64,000 nucleotides of DNA from contig CAXXVK010000024.1 of NCBI GenBank assembly GCA_963676915.2, positions 32,001 through 96,000 on the forward strand. Direction: 5' to 3'. Origin of the DNA: Myxococcota bacterium (GTDB lineage: Bacteria; Myxococcota_A; SURF-8; G963663525). Positions 42,236-51,955 of this stretch are shown piece after piece. Position 1 is the stretch's first letter. Each line of letters opens with the position of its first letter. Below the pieces are notes generated by a model. That model was not told the DNA's origin. It did no database searches and saw only the letters and a list, made by a program, of their open reading frames with translations. The translations under genes and the position numbers were made by a program.

Positions 42236-42892
42236 TTATAACCCCATTCGTTCTTTGAAGGTTTCGAAGCCCATTTTATCGATCCACTTACCCATCCGGG
42301 TTTTCGGGGCGTCCTCCACGAACAGGTCCACGACCTTCAACGCCAATGCTTCGGCTTCGTCGTCGGACAAGTTGATGGCCAGTTTTTGCGACAGTCGCGG
42401 AGTAGGTCCGCCGTTGCCGCCGACAACCATTTTCCATCCTTTTTTCGCACCGATGAATCCGATATCTTTGATGCAGGTTTCGGCGCAATCCAAGGTACAG
42501 CCTGTCACACCCAATTTGGCTTTCATGGGCAATTGTTTGGCATAAAACAGTTTATCCAGGCGCAAACCGAACCCGATTGCATCCTGCTGACCGAAAGGAC
42601 AATATTGGTTGCCGGGACAGAATTTGACGCTCCGCACGCACATGCCGATCGCCATGCCCTGCGGTTCACCGACAGCCGCCCACGCTTCGTCGATTTTATC
42701 TTCGTCAACACCGATCAATGCAATGCGCTGGGAAGACGTCAGCTTGATGGCATCCGCATTGAATTGCTCGGCGACATCGGCGACTTTGCGCAACTGCTCG
42801 GGGGTGATCAATCCACCCGGCAGATGAGGTGCGATAGCGTATCGACCGTTATTTTGTTTAATGGCGGATTTTTCTTCGATATTTTTGGCCAT
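42236..42892 (-). CDS. Small nitrite/sulfite reductase-like protein (NIR_SIR ferredoxin + 4Fe-4S/siroheme domain)
   Basis: PGGLITPEQLRKVADVA, KLTSSQRI, VRSVKFCPGNQYC, KLGVTGCTLDCAE. Confidence 0.88.
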   Translation of the reverse strand: MAKNIEEKSAIKQNNGRYAIAPHLPGGLITPEQLRKVADVAEQFNADAIKLTSSQRIALIGVDEDKIDEAWAAVGEPQGMAIGMCVRSVKFCPGNQYCPFGQQDAIGFGLRLDKLFYAKQLPMKAKLGVTGCTLDCAETCIKDIGFIGAKKGWKMVVGGNGGPTPRLSQKLAINLSDDEAEALALKVVDLFVEDAPKTRMGKWIDKMGFETFKERMGL

Positions 42893-43100
42893 GATTTGAA
42901 AACCTTGTTCTACGGTTGAAAGAAATGGAAGTATTGTACCATCGATTGCTTTTGAATCAAGTTCACGAAACCCTTTCTCCTTTTCCTTGCTTGCAAAATC
43001 TACTTTCCAGCAAAATGAAACCCGATCAGCACGAAAGAAATTGGTTGCTATGGTACGCAGCGATGATTACACTTCCATCCGAATAAGGAATGCGGAGGCG

Positions 43101-43979
43101 ATGATGCGTATGAAACGAACTCTGAAAGTCTGTAAAAAAACGCTCAAAAGATGGCAGCACTTCCCCTGGAACGACCTCGCATCCTTGGGTAAAGAAATCG
43201 CCGTCACCCTTTTCGCCAAGGGATTTTCCGAATCTTCCAATGACCGGGAACACAACAAGAAAATTCAACGACTGGGAGAAAAGACCTACCAGTTCTACCT
43301 GGACAATCGCGACCGCTTTCCCTATCGGGTTCGAACGTTTTTCAAGTTTTTTCAAGACCTGCAACATCGCGACCTACCTGAATTCAAAGAGGAAGCTTTC
43401 AAAGAACCGCCTGCCCTTCCCCATTTTGAGGATAGCGAGTTCCGAACCTTCGAGATCAAAAAGCCACTCGCGGCTCACACTGAGAAGCGCTTGATCGAAA
43501 CACCATCCTCCTATTCAGATGCAACCGAAACCGACGATGAAAAAGACCAGACATCGACAACCGCCCGTCTGGAAATCGAACTGAGCATCACCGGCGTAAC
43601 TCCTGAAATTGCCGTAGAAAAAGCGGAAATAGCCGAAGCCGTCGAAGAAAAACCGTCACAGAAAAAAACGGAGACGAAAAAGAAACCGACGACCGGGAAA
43701 AAGTCGGCAAAGACATCCAAAGACACAACAAAAAAGAAAAAAACAAGCGCGAAAAAAGCTACGACGCCCCAAAAGAAAACCACCAAGGCGAAATCATCCA
43801 AAACCAAGGACGCCAAGAAGGCAAAAACCGCAACGAAATCCACAAAAAAGAAAACCTCTACCAAGAAAACCACGGCGAAAAGCACCAAGAAGACAAGCCC
43901 ATCAAAAAACAAAGCCGCTTCGAAGTCTACCCGCAAAAAAAGCGCTGCCAAGAAAGCCACAACGGACAAAGCCAAGTAA
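43101..43979 (+). CDS. Hypothetical protein with Lys/Thr/Ala-rich histone-H1-like C-terminal tail
   Basis: GGAGG RBS; last ~105 aa are KKT/KKA repeats. Confidence 0.75.
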   Translation: MMRMKRTLKVCKKTLKRWQHFPWNDLASLGKEIAVTLFAKGFSESSNDREHNKKIQRLGEKTYQFYLDNRDRFPYRVRTFFKFFQDLQHRDLPEFKEEAFKEPPALPHFEDSEFRTFEIKKPLAAHTEKRLIETPSSYSDATETDDEKDQTSTTARLEIELSITGVTPEIAVEKAEIAEAVEEKPSQKKTETKKKPTTGKKSAKTSKDTTKKKKTSAKKATTPQKKTTKAKSSKTKDAKKAKTATKSTKKKTSTKKTTAKSTKKTSPSKNKAASKSTRKKSAAKKATTDKAK

Positions 43980-44269
43980 CTTCACAGCCTTTTTCGATGT
44001 GATAGGTTTTGAATGAAGAAGAACTTGCATAAATCCTGAAGATAAATCTTCGGGGTGCCATCGCCTCACGGCCCGGAAGGTCCGGGAGACTATGCAAACC
44101 CTTGAAAACACAGCCTTCCACGCTTCGCGCGTAAGACTATGGCACACATGGGTTTTATTAAAACCATCAAAATCCTGATTTATGCAAAAGCCACTGAAGA
44201 CAAGCTTCGGATAAGGAAAAACGCCTGCCCGCCTGTGTTGTGTCCAAGCGGGCAAGCGTTGAATCATTC

Positions 44270-45289
44270 TCAGTGATCACCGTAGTTCAGCGTATCGTCA
44301 CCGGCAAACGTCCGATACACCCACACGGTGTAAACGAGCACCAGGGGAAGGCCGATCAACGTGATGATCAGCATAGCCCCAAGCGTGTATTCACTGCTCG
44401 ACGAATTGGCCGCTGTCAGGCTGAGTGCCGGATCGTTCAGCGCCGGAACGAATTTCGGGAAAATGGCCGAAGCCACGATGACGAACTGCATGGCGATTCC
44501 CACGGCAGAGGTCAAAAACGCTTTGAGAGCCGCACCTTTCTGCATGAATACGCGCATCAGCACGAGTACGGCCAGCGCCAGAACCGGGATCACCCACAAT
44601 ACCGGCAACGCCTTGTAGTTTTCGAGAAGCTGACCTTGCGCGGCAAACGTGAAAACTCCGCTTACGACAAACAGCACAAGGTAAGCAATCCAACTTGTTT
44701 TGGCCCACGAAAGAGCCTTATCCCCTGTTTCGTCTTTGATACGCACGGCAAGCCACAACGCGCCATGGGTGATCAACATGGCGAAACCGGTCAGACCGAT
44801 CACGAGCGCAAACGGATTGAGCAGGCCGAAAAACGTTCCCGTGTAATCGCCGTTTTCATTTAACGGAATGCCACGCATGATGTTGCCCAATGCCACTCCG
44901 AAAAGCAGGGCCGGAAGGCTGCTGCCAACCGCAAACGCCACGTCCCAGGTTTTGCGCCAACGAGGGGATTCGAGTTGATTGCGGAATTCCAAGCTGACCG
45001 CACGGAAAATCAACGCAAACAACAACAGCATCAGAGCCAGGTAAAATCCGCTGAATACCGAAGCATAGACGGGAGGAAACGCCGCAAACAGCGCACCGCC
45101 ACCGGTCAACAACCAGACTTCGTTGCCATCCCAGAACGGACCGATACTGGCCATGAAACGTTGGCGATCTTCTTCTTTTTTCGTGAAAAGCTGCCAGAAA
45201 CCGACGCCAAGGTCGAAACCGTCGAGAATCGAATAGCCGATGAGCAACACTGCCACGAGAACGTACCAAATGATTTGTAACGTTGTCAT
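44270..45289 (-). CDS. cydB: Cytochrome bd oxidase subunit II
   Basis: LDGFDLGVG, IGPFWDGNEVWL, RAVSLEFR. Confidence 0.97.
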   Translation of the reverse strand: MTTLQIIWYVLVAVLLIGYSILDGFDLGVGFWQLFTKKEEDRQRFMASIGPFWDGNEVWLLTGGGALFAAFPPVYASVFSGFYLALMLLLFALIFRAVSLEFRNQLESPRWRKTWDVAFAVGSSLPALLFGVALGNIMRGIPLNENGDYTGTFFGLLNPFALVIGLTGFAMLITHGALWLAVRIKDETGDKALSWAKTSWIAYLVLFVVSGVFTFAAQGQLLENYKALPVLWVIPVLALAVLVLMRVFMQKGAALKAFLTSAVGIAMQFVIVASAIFPKFVPALNDPALSLTAANSSSSEYTLGAMLIITLIGLPLVLVYTVWVYRTFAGDDTLNYGDH

Positions 45290-46623
45290 TGCACCACCGC
45301 CTTTCCGCTTTCTTCGTCAATTTTCGGACCTTTCACGATTTCCTTTCGCAACAAGAACATCCAAAGAGCAAACAACAGCGCATAAATCAATCCGAACAGG
45401 ATGATGGAAAACAGGATTTCACCCGCAGAAACGGTCAGCGATATCGCATCCCGCGTTTTGAGCATTTTGTAGACGATCCAGGGTTGCCTCCCGATTTCCG
45501 CGACCATCCAACCGAACTCGTTGGCAAGAAATGGCAAAGGAATCATTACAATGGCGGCTTTCAGGTACAACGCGTTGTCGTACACCGTCTTTCTCCGATA
45601 GAGAATGACACCGACAAGCACGAAAGCGAAGAAGATCCCCCATAATCCCACCATGGTGTGGAACGAAGCGAAAGTTGCCAGCACAGGCGGCCACTCTTCC
45701 TTCGGAAAGTCTTTCAACCCTTTGTATTCACTCGTAGTATCTCCATTGGTCAGCAAAGACAAAGCATAAGGAACTTCCATTCGCAAATGCGTCTTTTCGG
45801 CTTCCTGATCCGGCCAGCCGAACACCAGCAAGCCTGCACCTTTCTGGGTTTCGAACATGCCTTCCATCGCCGCGAGCTTCTCCGGCTGGGTATGCACGAC
45901 CTGCACCGCCGAGGCGTGACCATCGAGCGCTTGACCGCAAACCGCCACCGTCCCGATGATCAATCCCATACGGAAAGACTGCTTCGCAAACTCGACCTGC
46001 TTTTTCTTCAAAAGGAACCACGCACTGATCCCGAGCACGAAAAAGGCACCGGTCGTCAATGCCGCATTGATGGTGTGAATGTAGCGCGGAAGCGTCGAAG
46101 GATTGAACAGCGCCGCCCAGAAATCGACCAGCACGGCCCGCCCTTCCATAATTTCATATCCGGCGGGCGTCTGCATCCAGGAGTTGGCCACGATGATCCA
46201 AAACGCGGAAAGCGATGAACCGATCGCAACCATCAACGTGGAAAACCAGATCGTTTTCGGTTTCACCCGGTTCCAACCGAAAATCAATACTCCCAGGAAT
46301 GTGGATTCGAGGAAGAACGACAACAGTCCCTCGGCTGCCAGCGGTGCTCCGAAGATGTCGCCGACGTAACGCGAATAGTCTGCCCAGTTCGTGCCGAACT
46401 GAAACTCCATCGTGATCCCCGTCGCCACGCCGATTGCGAAACTCAACGTGAACAATCGCACCCAGAAACGCAGGGTTTCACGCCAGAATTCAGACTCGGT
46501 GTTTTTGTACTTTGCGGCCATCCAGACCAGAATCCAACTCATTCCAATCGTTAACGGAGGAAACAGAAAATGAAATCCCACAGTCATTGCAAATTGAATT
46601 CGGGCAAGCAGTACGGCATCCAT
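45286..46623 (-). CDS. cydA: Cytochrome bd oxidase subunit I (short Q-loop)
   Basis: LARIQFAMTVGFHFLFPP, MEFQFGTNW, ANSWMQTP, QPEKLAAMEG, EIGRQPW. Confidence 0.97.
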   Translation of the reverse strand: MDAVLLARIQFAMTVGFHFLFPPLTIGMSWILVWMAAKYKNTESEFWRETLRFWVRLFTLSFAIGVATGITMEFQFGTNWADYSRYVGDIFGAPLAAEGLLSFFLESTFLGVLIFGWNRVKPKTIWFSTLMVAIGSSLSAFWIIVANSWMQTPAGYEIMEGRAVLVDFWAALFNPSTLPRYIHTINAALTTGAFFVLGISAWFLLKKKQVEFAKQSFRMGLIIGTVAVCGQALDGHASAVQVVHTQPEKLAAMEGMFETQKGAGLLVFGWPDQEAEKTHLRMEVPYALSLLTNGDTTSEYKGLKDFPKEEWPPVLATFASFHTMVGLWGIFFAFVLVGVILYRRKTVYDNALYLKAAIVMIPLPFLANEFGWMVAEIGRQPWIVYKMLKTRDAISLTVSAGEILFSIILFGLIYALLFALWMFLLRKEIVKGPKIDEESGKAVVQ

Positions 46624-46806
46624 AGGCAGGCTCCTTCAACGTGATAATTGGAATTCAAACTTTTTGTGTCGTTTGCAAATAACCTGAAACTCGTAGCAAA
46701 GCGGTCCGAAAAAACCGGATGATCCCTATCATAAAAACCAACAGGCAAATGTCAATTAAAATTATTTCCTATTAGTAACTATTTTTATTTAATTTGAATT
46801 TACGAA

Positions 46807-47715
46807 TTAACGTTTCCCTATCATTTGCAAACGAACATTGAGCAGATTTAATGCAATTACAATAGCATCCGGTGGAAGATGCTTGACACTTGAACGATCC
46901 AGCAGAATCGTCAGCCGAGCGGGAAATTCCTCGTCGGCCTGCCAAAACAGATAATCCACCGGAAATTTCGGAAAAATATAAAAACGAACAGCAACATCGG
47001 CCTGAGCAATCGGGCTTCCTCCCAATTGTTTTGCAGTCGCTAAAAAATGTTCCCCATCACGGCCAAAGTGATCCTCCAACGGTTTGGTATGAATCTGGTA
47101 TTGCCCCTGAAAAAAATCCCTGGCGCCTTCAATTTCCCGTAAAGAAACCATTTTCCCCGAAACAGGCGTCAACCTGGCCAGCGCGAGATAAACAAGCATC
47201 AAATAGGGAATTTGTCGGTCCCATTCTCCACCGAAACTCCCCTGCGTCTTCTGAACGGTTTCGTTTCGCGGATCGATTTCCCAACTTTCGTTTAAACATT
47301 GCAACTGATAGCGGTTTCGGTCCAGCAACATCGCCCCGCTTTGCAATACGACATCGTTTCGGTGTTTGTCCCTCAACTGTTTCCAGTAAAAACGGGTGGG
47401 TTCGGGCCAAGCCTGGGAAATTCCCTGGCTTGCTTCCTTGCGACGCCGTGCTTGCATGGCGAGATATTTGGGTCCGTATGGATAGTTCGAATCGGTGAAC
47501 GTTTCACAGGGATAGGCGTCGCAATCTCTCGTACAGTACGCAATCCCGCGTTCAATCGCGCATTCAAGGATCTGGCATCCCAGTCCCATCAAGCGCTGCT
47601 GGGCGGCGAGTTTTTCCCGCCCTTCCGGACTTAGTCCCGAACCGCAGGTGCTGCACACGCCATTGATGTGAAGCCGACATACGTTGCAGTCGATTCCACA
47701 AGCCCCCGTGGACAT
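46807..47715 (-). CDS. Cys-rich DUF3795-like + DUF3786-like protein
   Basis: GACGIDCNVC...CSTC...CQILECA...YCTRDCDAYPC; C-terminal FPKFPV...WQADEEFPARLTILLD. Confidence 0.75.
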   Translation of the reverse strand: MSTGACGIDCNVCRLHINGVCSTCGSGLSPEGREKLAAQQRLMGLGCQILECAIERGIAYCTRDCDAYPCETFTDSNYPYGPKYLAMQARRRKEASQGISQAWPEPTRFYWKQLRDKHRNDVVLQSGAMLLDRNRYQLQCLNESWEIDPRNETVQKTQGSFGGEWDRQIPYLMLVYLALARLTPVSGKMVSLREIEGARDFFQGQYQIHTKPLEDHFGRDGEHFLATAKQLGGSPIAQADVAVRFYIFPKFPVDYLFWQADEEFPARLTILLDRSSVKHLPPDAIVIALNLLNVRLQMIGKR

Positions 47716-47954
47716 GATTTCCGCCTTTCTTCTCTCCGACTACTCCAGAACTCTTCATTAAGTGTACGTCCGAAAATCGAAGAAAACAACCGATACCGGT
47801 CACAAAGAAGCGAATTCCGACAGAACTTCGATCAAAAGAACTTCAAATGCCAGCTTTGCACCGTCAAACCTTTGGAAATTCCCGAGTTTTTCCTTGCGAT
47901 TTACCCTTCGGCATGGTAAGCGCAACATCCGCGTAAAAATACGCGGTTTTATTT

Positions 47955-48030
47955 CACACGTCTCGGGATCGGGATTCCAGTGTGCGGCGCAAGCCGGGGA
48001 ATACCGAGATGAACGAGACGGAGGCTCAAC
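47955..48030 (+). promoter_or_regulatory. rpsB (S2) leader, putative autoregulatory RNA structure
   Basis: cacacgtctcg...cgagacggaggc pairing arms enclosing nested hairpins directly upstream of rpsB. Confidence 0.65.
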
Positions 48031-48044
48031 ACTGGAGGATAGCC

Positions 48045-48887
48045 ATGACCAGCCCGATTTCCATGAAAGAAATGCTCGACGCCGGGGTTCACTTCGGTCA
48101 CCAGACCCAGCGCTGGAACCCCAAAATGAAGCCCTACATCTTCGGTTCCCGCAACAAAGTCCATATTGTTGACTTGCAACAGACCGTCCGCCTGTTCCGC
48201 CGCGCCTACGAATTCGTAGTCAACACCGTGGCCGAAGGCGGCAGCGTAATGTTCGTCGGCACCAAGCGACAAGCCCGCGAAATCATTATGGAAGAAGGCG
48301 AACGCTCCGAGCAGTATTACATGACGCACCGTTGGCTCGGCGGAACGTTGACCAACTTCCGTACGATCAAGCAGTCGGTCGAAGTTTACAACGAACTCGT
48401 TAAAATGGCTGAAGACGACAATTATCGCGTCAAAACCAAAAAAGAAGCGCTGAAAAAAGAAAAACTGAAAGACAAGCTCGGTCGCAACCTGATCGGCATC
48501 AGCAAAATGTCCAAGCTTCCCACGGCCATGTTCATCATCGATCCCCACAAGGAAAAAATCGCTCTTCACGAAGCGAACGTCCTGGGAATTCCGGTCATCG
48601 CCCTTTGCGACACCAACTGCGATCCGGACGGCATCGATTTCATCATCCCCGGAAACGACGACGCCATCCGCTCGATCAAGCTGTTTTCCTCGAAAATCGC
48701 CGATGCCTGCCTGGAAGGCAAAGCGCTCTATCGTGAAAACAAGCGTAGCAGCGCTGGCACGAAAAAGGAAATCGGCGATTCCGTGACCGTCGCAGGCAAA
48801 AAAGTGGCCGTCAAAAAAATGCAGAAGAACGAGGAAGCCTACTCTTCCGACGATGCAGACGCCAAACCCCAAGAAGAAAAGAAATAA
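48045..48887 (+). CDS. rpsB: 30S ribosomal protein S2
   Basis: MLDAGVHFGHQTQRWNPKM, RWLGGTLTNF, DTNCDPD, PGNDDAIRS. Confidence 0.98.
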   Translation: MTSPISMKEMLDAGVHFGHQTQRWNPKMKPYIFGSRNKVHIVDLQQTVRLFRRAYEFVVNTVAEGGSVMFVGTKRQAREIIMEEGERSEQYYMTHRWLGGTLTNFRTIKQSVEVYNELVKMAEDDNYRVKTKKEALKKEKLKDKLGRNLIGISKMSKLPTAMFIIDPHKEKIALHEANVLGIPVIALCDTNCDPDGIDFIIPGNDDAIRSIKLFSSKIADACLEGKALYRENKRSSAGTKKEIGDSVTVAGKKVAVKKMQKNEEAYSSDDADAKPQEEKK

Positions 48888-48966
48888 TACCGGCTTTCAG
48901 CCGAATCGAAATCGATCGACAATATAAGTTTTCCCGCTCTGCGGGTAGGATCTGGAGGAATTCGCA

Positions 48967-49914
48967 ATGAAAATCACGGCACAGATGGTCAAGGAACTGC
49001 GCGACAAAACCGGCGCAGGAATGATGGACTGCAAAAAAGCTCTGACCGAAACCGAAGGCGACATGGAAGCCGCTCTCGACGCGCTGCGGAAAAAAGGACT
49101 CGCCGCCGCGAAGAAGAAAGCCGGACGCATCACCTCGGAAGGCAAAGTCGCCGGATGGATTACCGATGACGGCAAAAACGCCGGTCTCGTCGAAGTCAAC
49201 TGCGAAACCGATTTCGTGGCCCGTGGCGACGAATTCACCGGTTTCGTCAACACTCTGTGCAATCACATTCAAGCCAACGATCCCGCCGACATCGCTGCTC
49301 TGAACGAGCAAAAATGGGTCGAAGACGCCAACCTCAGCGTGGCGGATCTGCTGACGGAAAAAATCTCGAAGATCGGCGAAAACATTTCGGTTCGCCAGTT
49401 CGCCAAATGGGAACTCCAGGATAAAGGTATGTTCTACCTTTACATTCATGGTGAAGGAACCATGGGCGTGCTCGTCGAGGTAGGCTGCGGTAAAGACGAA
49501 ACCGTAGGCAACGAAAAGTTCCAAACTTTTGCCAAGCAAGTCGCCATGCAAATCGGCGCGTTGGCTCCTCTTTCGGTGTCCTCGGACGAAATCTCCGATG
49601 AGATCATCGAGCGCGAAAAAGCCATCTACATCGATCAGGTCAAAGAAGAAGGCAAGCCCGAGAAAATCTGGGACAAAATCGTCGAAGGAAAGCTGCAAAA
49701 GTTCTTCCAGGACATGGTTTTGTTGAACCAGGAATGGGTCCACGAAATGGAAAAGAAGAAACCGCGTGTCAACAAGGTTCTCGAAGGACTCGCCAAGGAA
49801 CTGGGCGACGAGATCACCGTCCGTCGTTTCATCCGCTGGCGTCTCGGCGAAGGACTGGAGAAACGCAGCAACGACTTGGCGGCTGAAGTCGCCGAGCAGC
49901 TCGAAGGGAAATAA
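48967..49914 (+). CDS. tsf: Elongation factor Ts
   Basis: ITAQMVKELRDKTGAGMMDCKKAL, EVNCETDFVA, KIGENI. Confidence 0.98.
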   Translation: MKITAQMVKELRDKTGAGMMDCKKALTETEGDMEAALDALRKKGLAAAKKKAGRITSEGKVAGWITDDGKNAGLVEVNCETDFVARGDEFTGFVNTLCNHIQANDPADIAALNEQKWVEDANLSVADLLTEKISKIGENISVRQFAKWELQDKGMFYLYIHGEGTMGVLVEVGCGKDETVGNEKFQTFAKQVAMQIGALAPLSVSSDEISDEIIEREKAIYIDQVKEEGKPEKIWDKIVEGKLQKFFQDMVLLNQEWVHEMEKKKPRVNKVLEGLAKELGDEITVRRFIRWRLGEGLEKRSNDLAAEVAEQLEGK

Positions 49915-49929
49915 TCCTGACGATCTTTC

Positions 49930-49956
49930 AGCCCCGCCCCCAAGGCGGGGCTTTTT
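49930..49956 (+). terminator. Intrinsic terminator between tsf and pyrH
   Basis: agccccgcc-cccaa-ggcggggct followed by T-tract. Confidence 0.8.
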
Positions 49957-49969
49957 CATGGAGAAGGAC

Positions 49970-50692
49970 ATGTCTGCATACAAACGAATTTTATTGAAAG
50001 TCTCCGGTGAAGCTTTGAGCGATCCGACGGATGAATCCCATGCGATTTTATCCAAAACCATCTGCCAGAACCTTGTCAAAGAAATCAAGGCCGTTCACGA
50101 TCTTGGCGTGGAAATCGGCATCGTGGTTGGCGGTGGGAACATTTTCCGGGGAAAACTGGCGGCGGACCTCGGAGTGGAGCGCATCAAAGGCGACCAGATG
50201 GGAATGCTTGCCACCGTAATCAACGCCATCGGACTGGAAGGCGTCCTGCGCTCGGCGGGTGTCCCGGCCTGTGTCCACTCGGCGATTCCGGCCTGCCAGG
50301 CGGTGGAAGAATTCAATGCCGAACGCGCAAAAAAACAAATCGCGGAAAAAACCGTGGTGATTTTCGCGGCGGGAACGGGCAACCCGTTTTTCACCACCGA
50401 TACCGGCGCGGCGTTGCGTGCCGTTCAGACCGGTTGCGACGTTTTCTTCAAATCCACGAAAGTTCCGGGCGTTTTCGACAAAGACCCGATAAAACACTCC
50501 GATGCCGTAAAATACGACCGTCTGACCTTCGGAGAAGCCTTGGAAAAGAACCTCCAGGTTCTCGACCAGACCGCTTTTGCGCTCTGCCGCGAAAATAAAC
50601 TACCGATTCTGGTGTTCAAGCTCGGCGAAGAAGGCAACCTGATGCGTGCCGTTCAGGGTGAATCGGTCGGAACTCTCGTGACGGACAACTAG
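49970..50692 (+). CDS. pyrH: UMP kinase
   Basis: YKRILLKVSGEAL, VVGGGNIFRG, GMLATVINA, GTGNPFFTTD. Confidence 0.97.
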   Translation: MSAYKRILLKVSGEALSDPTDESHAILSKTICQNLVKEIKAVHDLGVEIGIVVGGGNIFRGKLAADLGVERIKGDQMGMLATVINAIGLEGVLRSAGVPACVHSAIPACQAVEEFNAERAKKQIAEKTVVIFAAGTGNPFFTTDTGAALRAVQTGCDVFFKSTKVPGVFDKDPIKHSDAVKYDRLTFGEALEKNLQVLDQTAFALCRENKLPILVFKLGEEGNLMRAVQGESVGTLVTDN

Positions 50693-50788
50693 CCTCCAAG
50701 ACAATACTTTGCTTGCAAACGAAAAAACGTTATAAGCAAGGTATTGTCTTTCCATCATTTTCGGCATCGCCGCCGGTAAGGATACGGT

Positions 50789-51592
50789 ATGCAACGACTT
50801 AGCCGACTTCTTCCGCTGTTGTTTGCGTTTGGCCTGTTTGTTTCCCTGCAAGCCTGCGGGGGATCGGATAGTGAAACCACTCCCGCCGATATGGATGACG
50901 AACGGATGGAACCTGAAGAAGAGGAACAGGAAGCGGAATTCGAGGAAGAAGAAGCCGTGCGTACCGAAACGTTGCTTCGTTTTCCACTGGCCGACGAAGA
51001 AGGGCATTATTCGCTGGAATTCATTTTCGGCGTGGATCACGATCCGGAAGTCTACGACGGCATCGGCGAAGGCATCTGCACGAATTATCGCGGGGACCAC
51101 TTCCCCCACTGCTACGACGAACACAGCGGTTCGGATTACATTCTCAACGGCGGTTTCGAAACGATGGATCTCGGCGTGGCATTCGTCTACGCCGCCGCCG
51201 ATGGAATCGTTACCGACATCGAGGATGGCCATTACGACCGCTGCCACATCGACACCGAAAACCTCGGAGCCGGAAACATTTCCTGCGATGGCCACGAAAT
51301 TCGCGCCAACAAGATCATCATCGAGCACGAATTCGGGCTTGTTACGAAGTATTATCACCTCGTCAACGGTTCGTTGCTGGTCGATATCGGCGACACGGTA
51401 ACCTGTGGACAGAAAATTGCTCAGGTAGGAAGCTCGGGAATCTCCTCGGCCCCCCACTTGCATTTCCAGGTAGAAGACCTGGAAGGAACGGTCATCGATC
51501 CTTACTCGGGGGAATTCAGTCAGGAAAAAAGCTACTGGGTCGAACAAGACTCCGGAAACGGATTGCCCGGAGAAACCTGCGCCTTCCCTTGA
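50789..51592 (+). CDS. M23 family metallopeptidase lipoprotein
   Basis: Lipobox LQAC; acidic tether; YDEHSGSD (HxxxD), VYAAADG, GSSGISSAPHLHF (HxH). Confidence 0.9.
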   Translation: MQRLSRLLPLLFAFGLFVSLQACGGSDSETTPADMDDERMEPEEEEQEAEFEEEEAVRTETLLRFPLADEEGHYSLEFIFGVDHDPEVYDGIGEGICTNYRGDHFPHCYDEHSGSDYILNGGFETMDLGVAFVYAAADGIVTDIEDGHYDRCHIDTENLGAGNISCDGHEIRANKIIIEHEFGLVTKYYHLVNGSLLVDIGDTVTCGQKIAQVGSSGISSAPHLHFQVEDLEGTVIDPYSGEFSQEKSYWVEQDSGNGLPGETCAFP

Positions 51593-51955
51593 AAGTCCAA
51601 CGATTTTCAACACCTGCTTCGTTCGAACCTCGACAAACGTTAAACATTCAAAAGCTACCATCTCCCCTGACATCTATCATCCGTTAAAACCAACCAAGTA
51701 CATCCTTTTCCAAATAGCGTTAAAACAGAGAAAACCGAGTGAAAACCAGAAGGTTCCCGCGTCGGAAAACCTTGACATCCTAGACACCCCATGAAAAAAT
51801 AACCGCCGCTTTGGCAATTTTTTTTACTTCGAACTCGACTCTTTGCCGAATCGAACGTCTTATTAGTTACTTTAATTATGTGATAAAAGCACTGATGAGT
51901 CGAAAATCAAACGCCTGAGATGGTTTCAGGGATACTTCAAGAACGGAGCAAGCGG

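Noticed and set aside
43660-43979. A-rich repetitive DNA as tandem repeat or CRISPR
   Set aside because: Explained by Lys-rich coding sequence; no identical repeats with spacers
47955-48030. tRNA-like structure
   Set aside because: No T-psi-C or anticodon arm consensus; position and arms fit the rpsB leader
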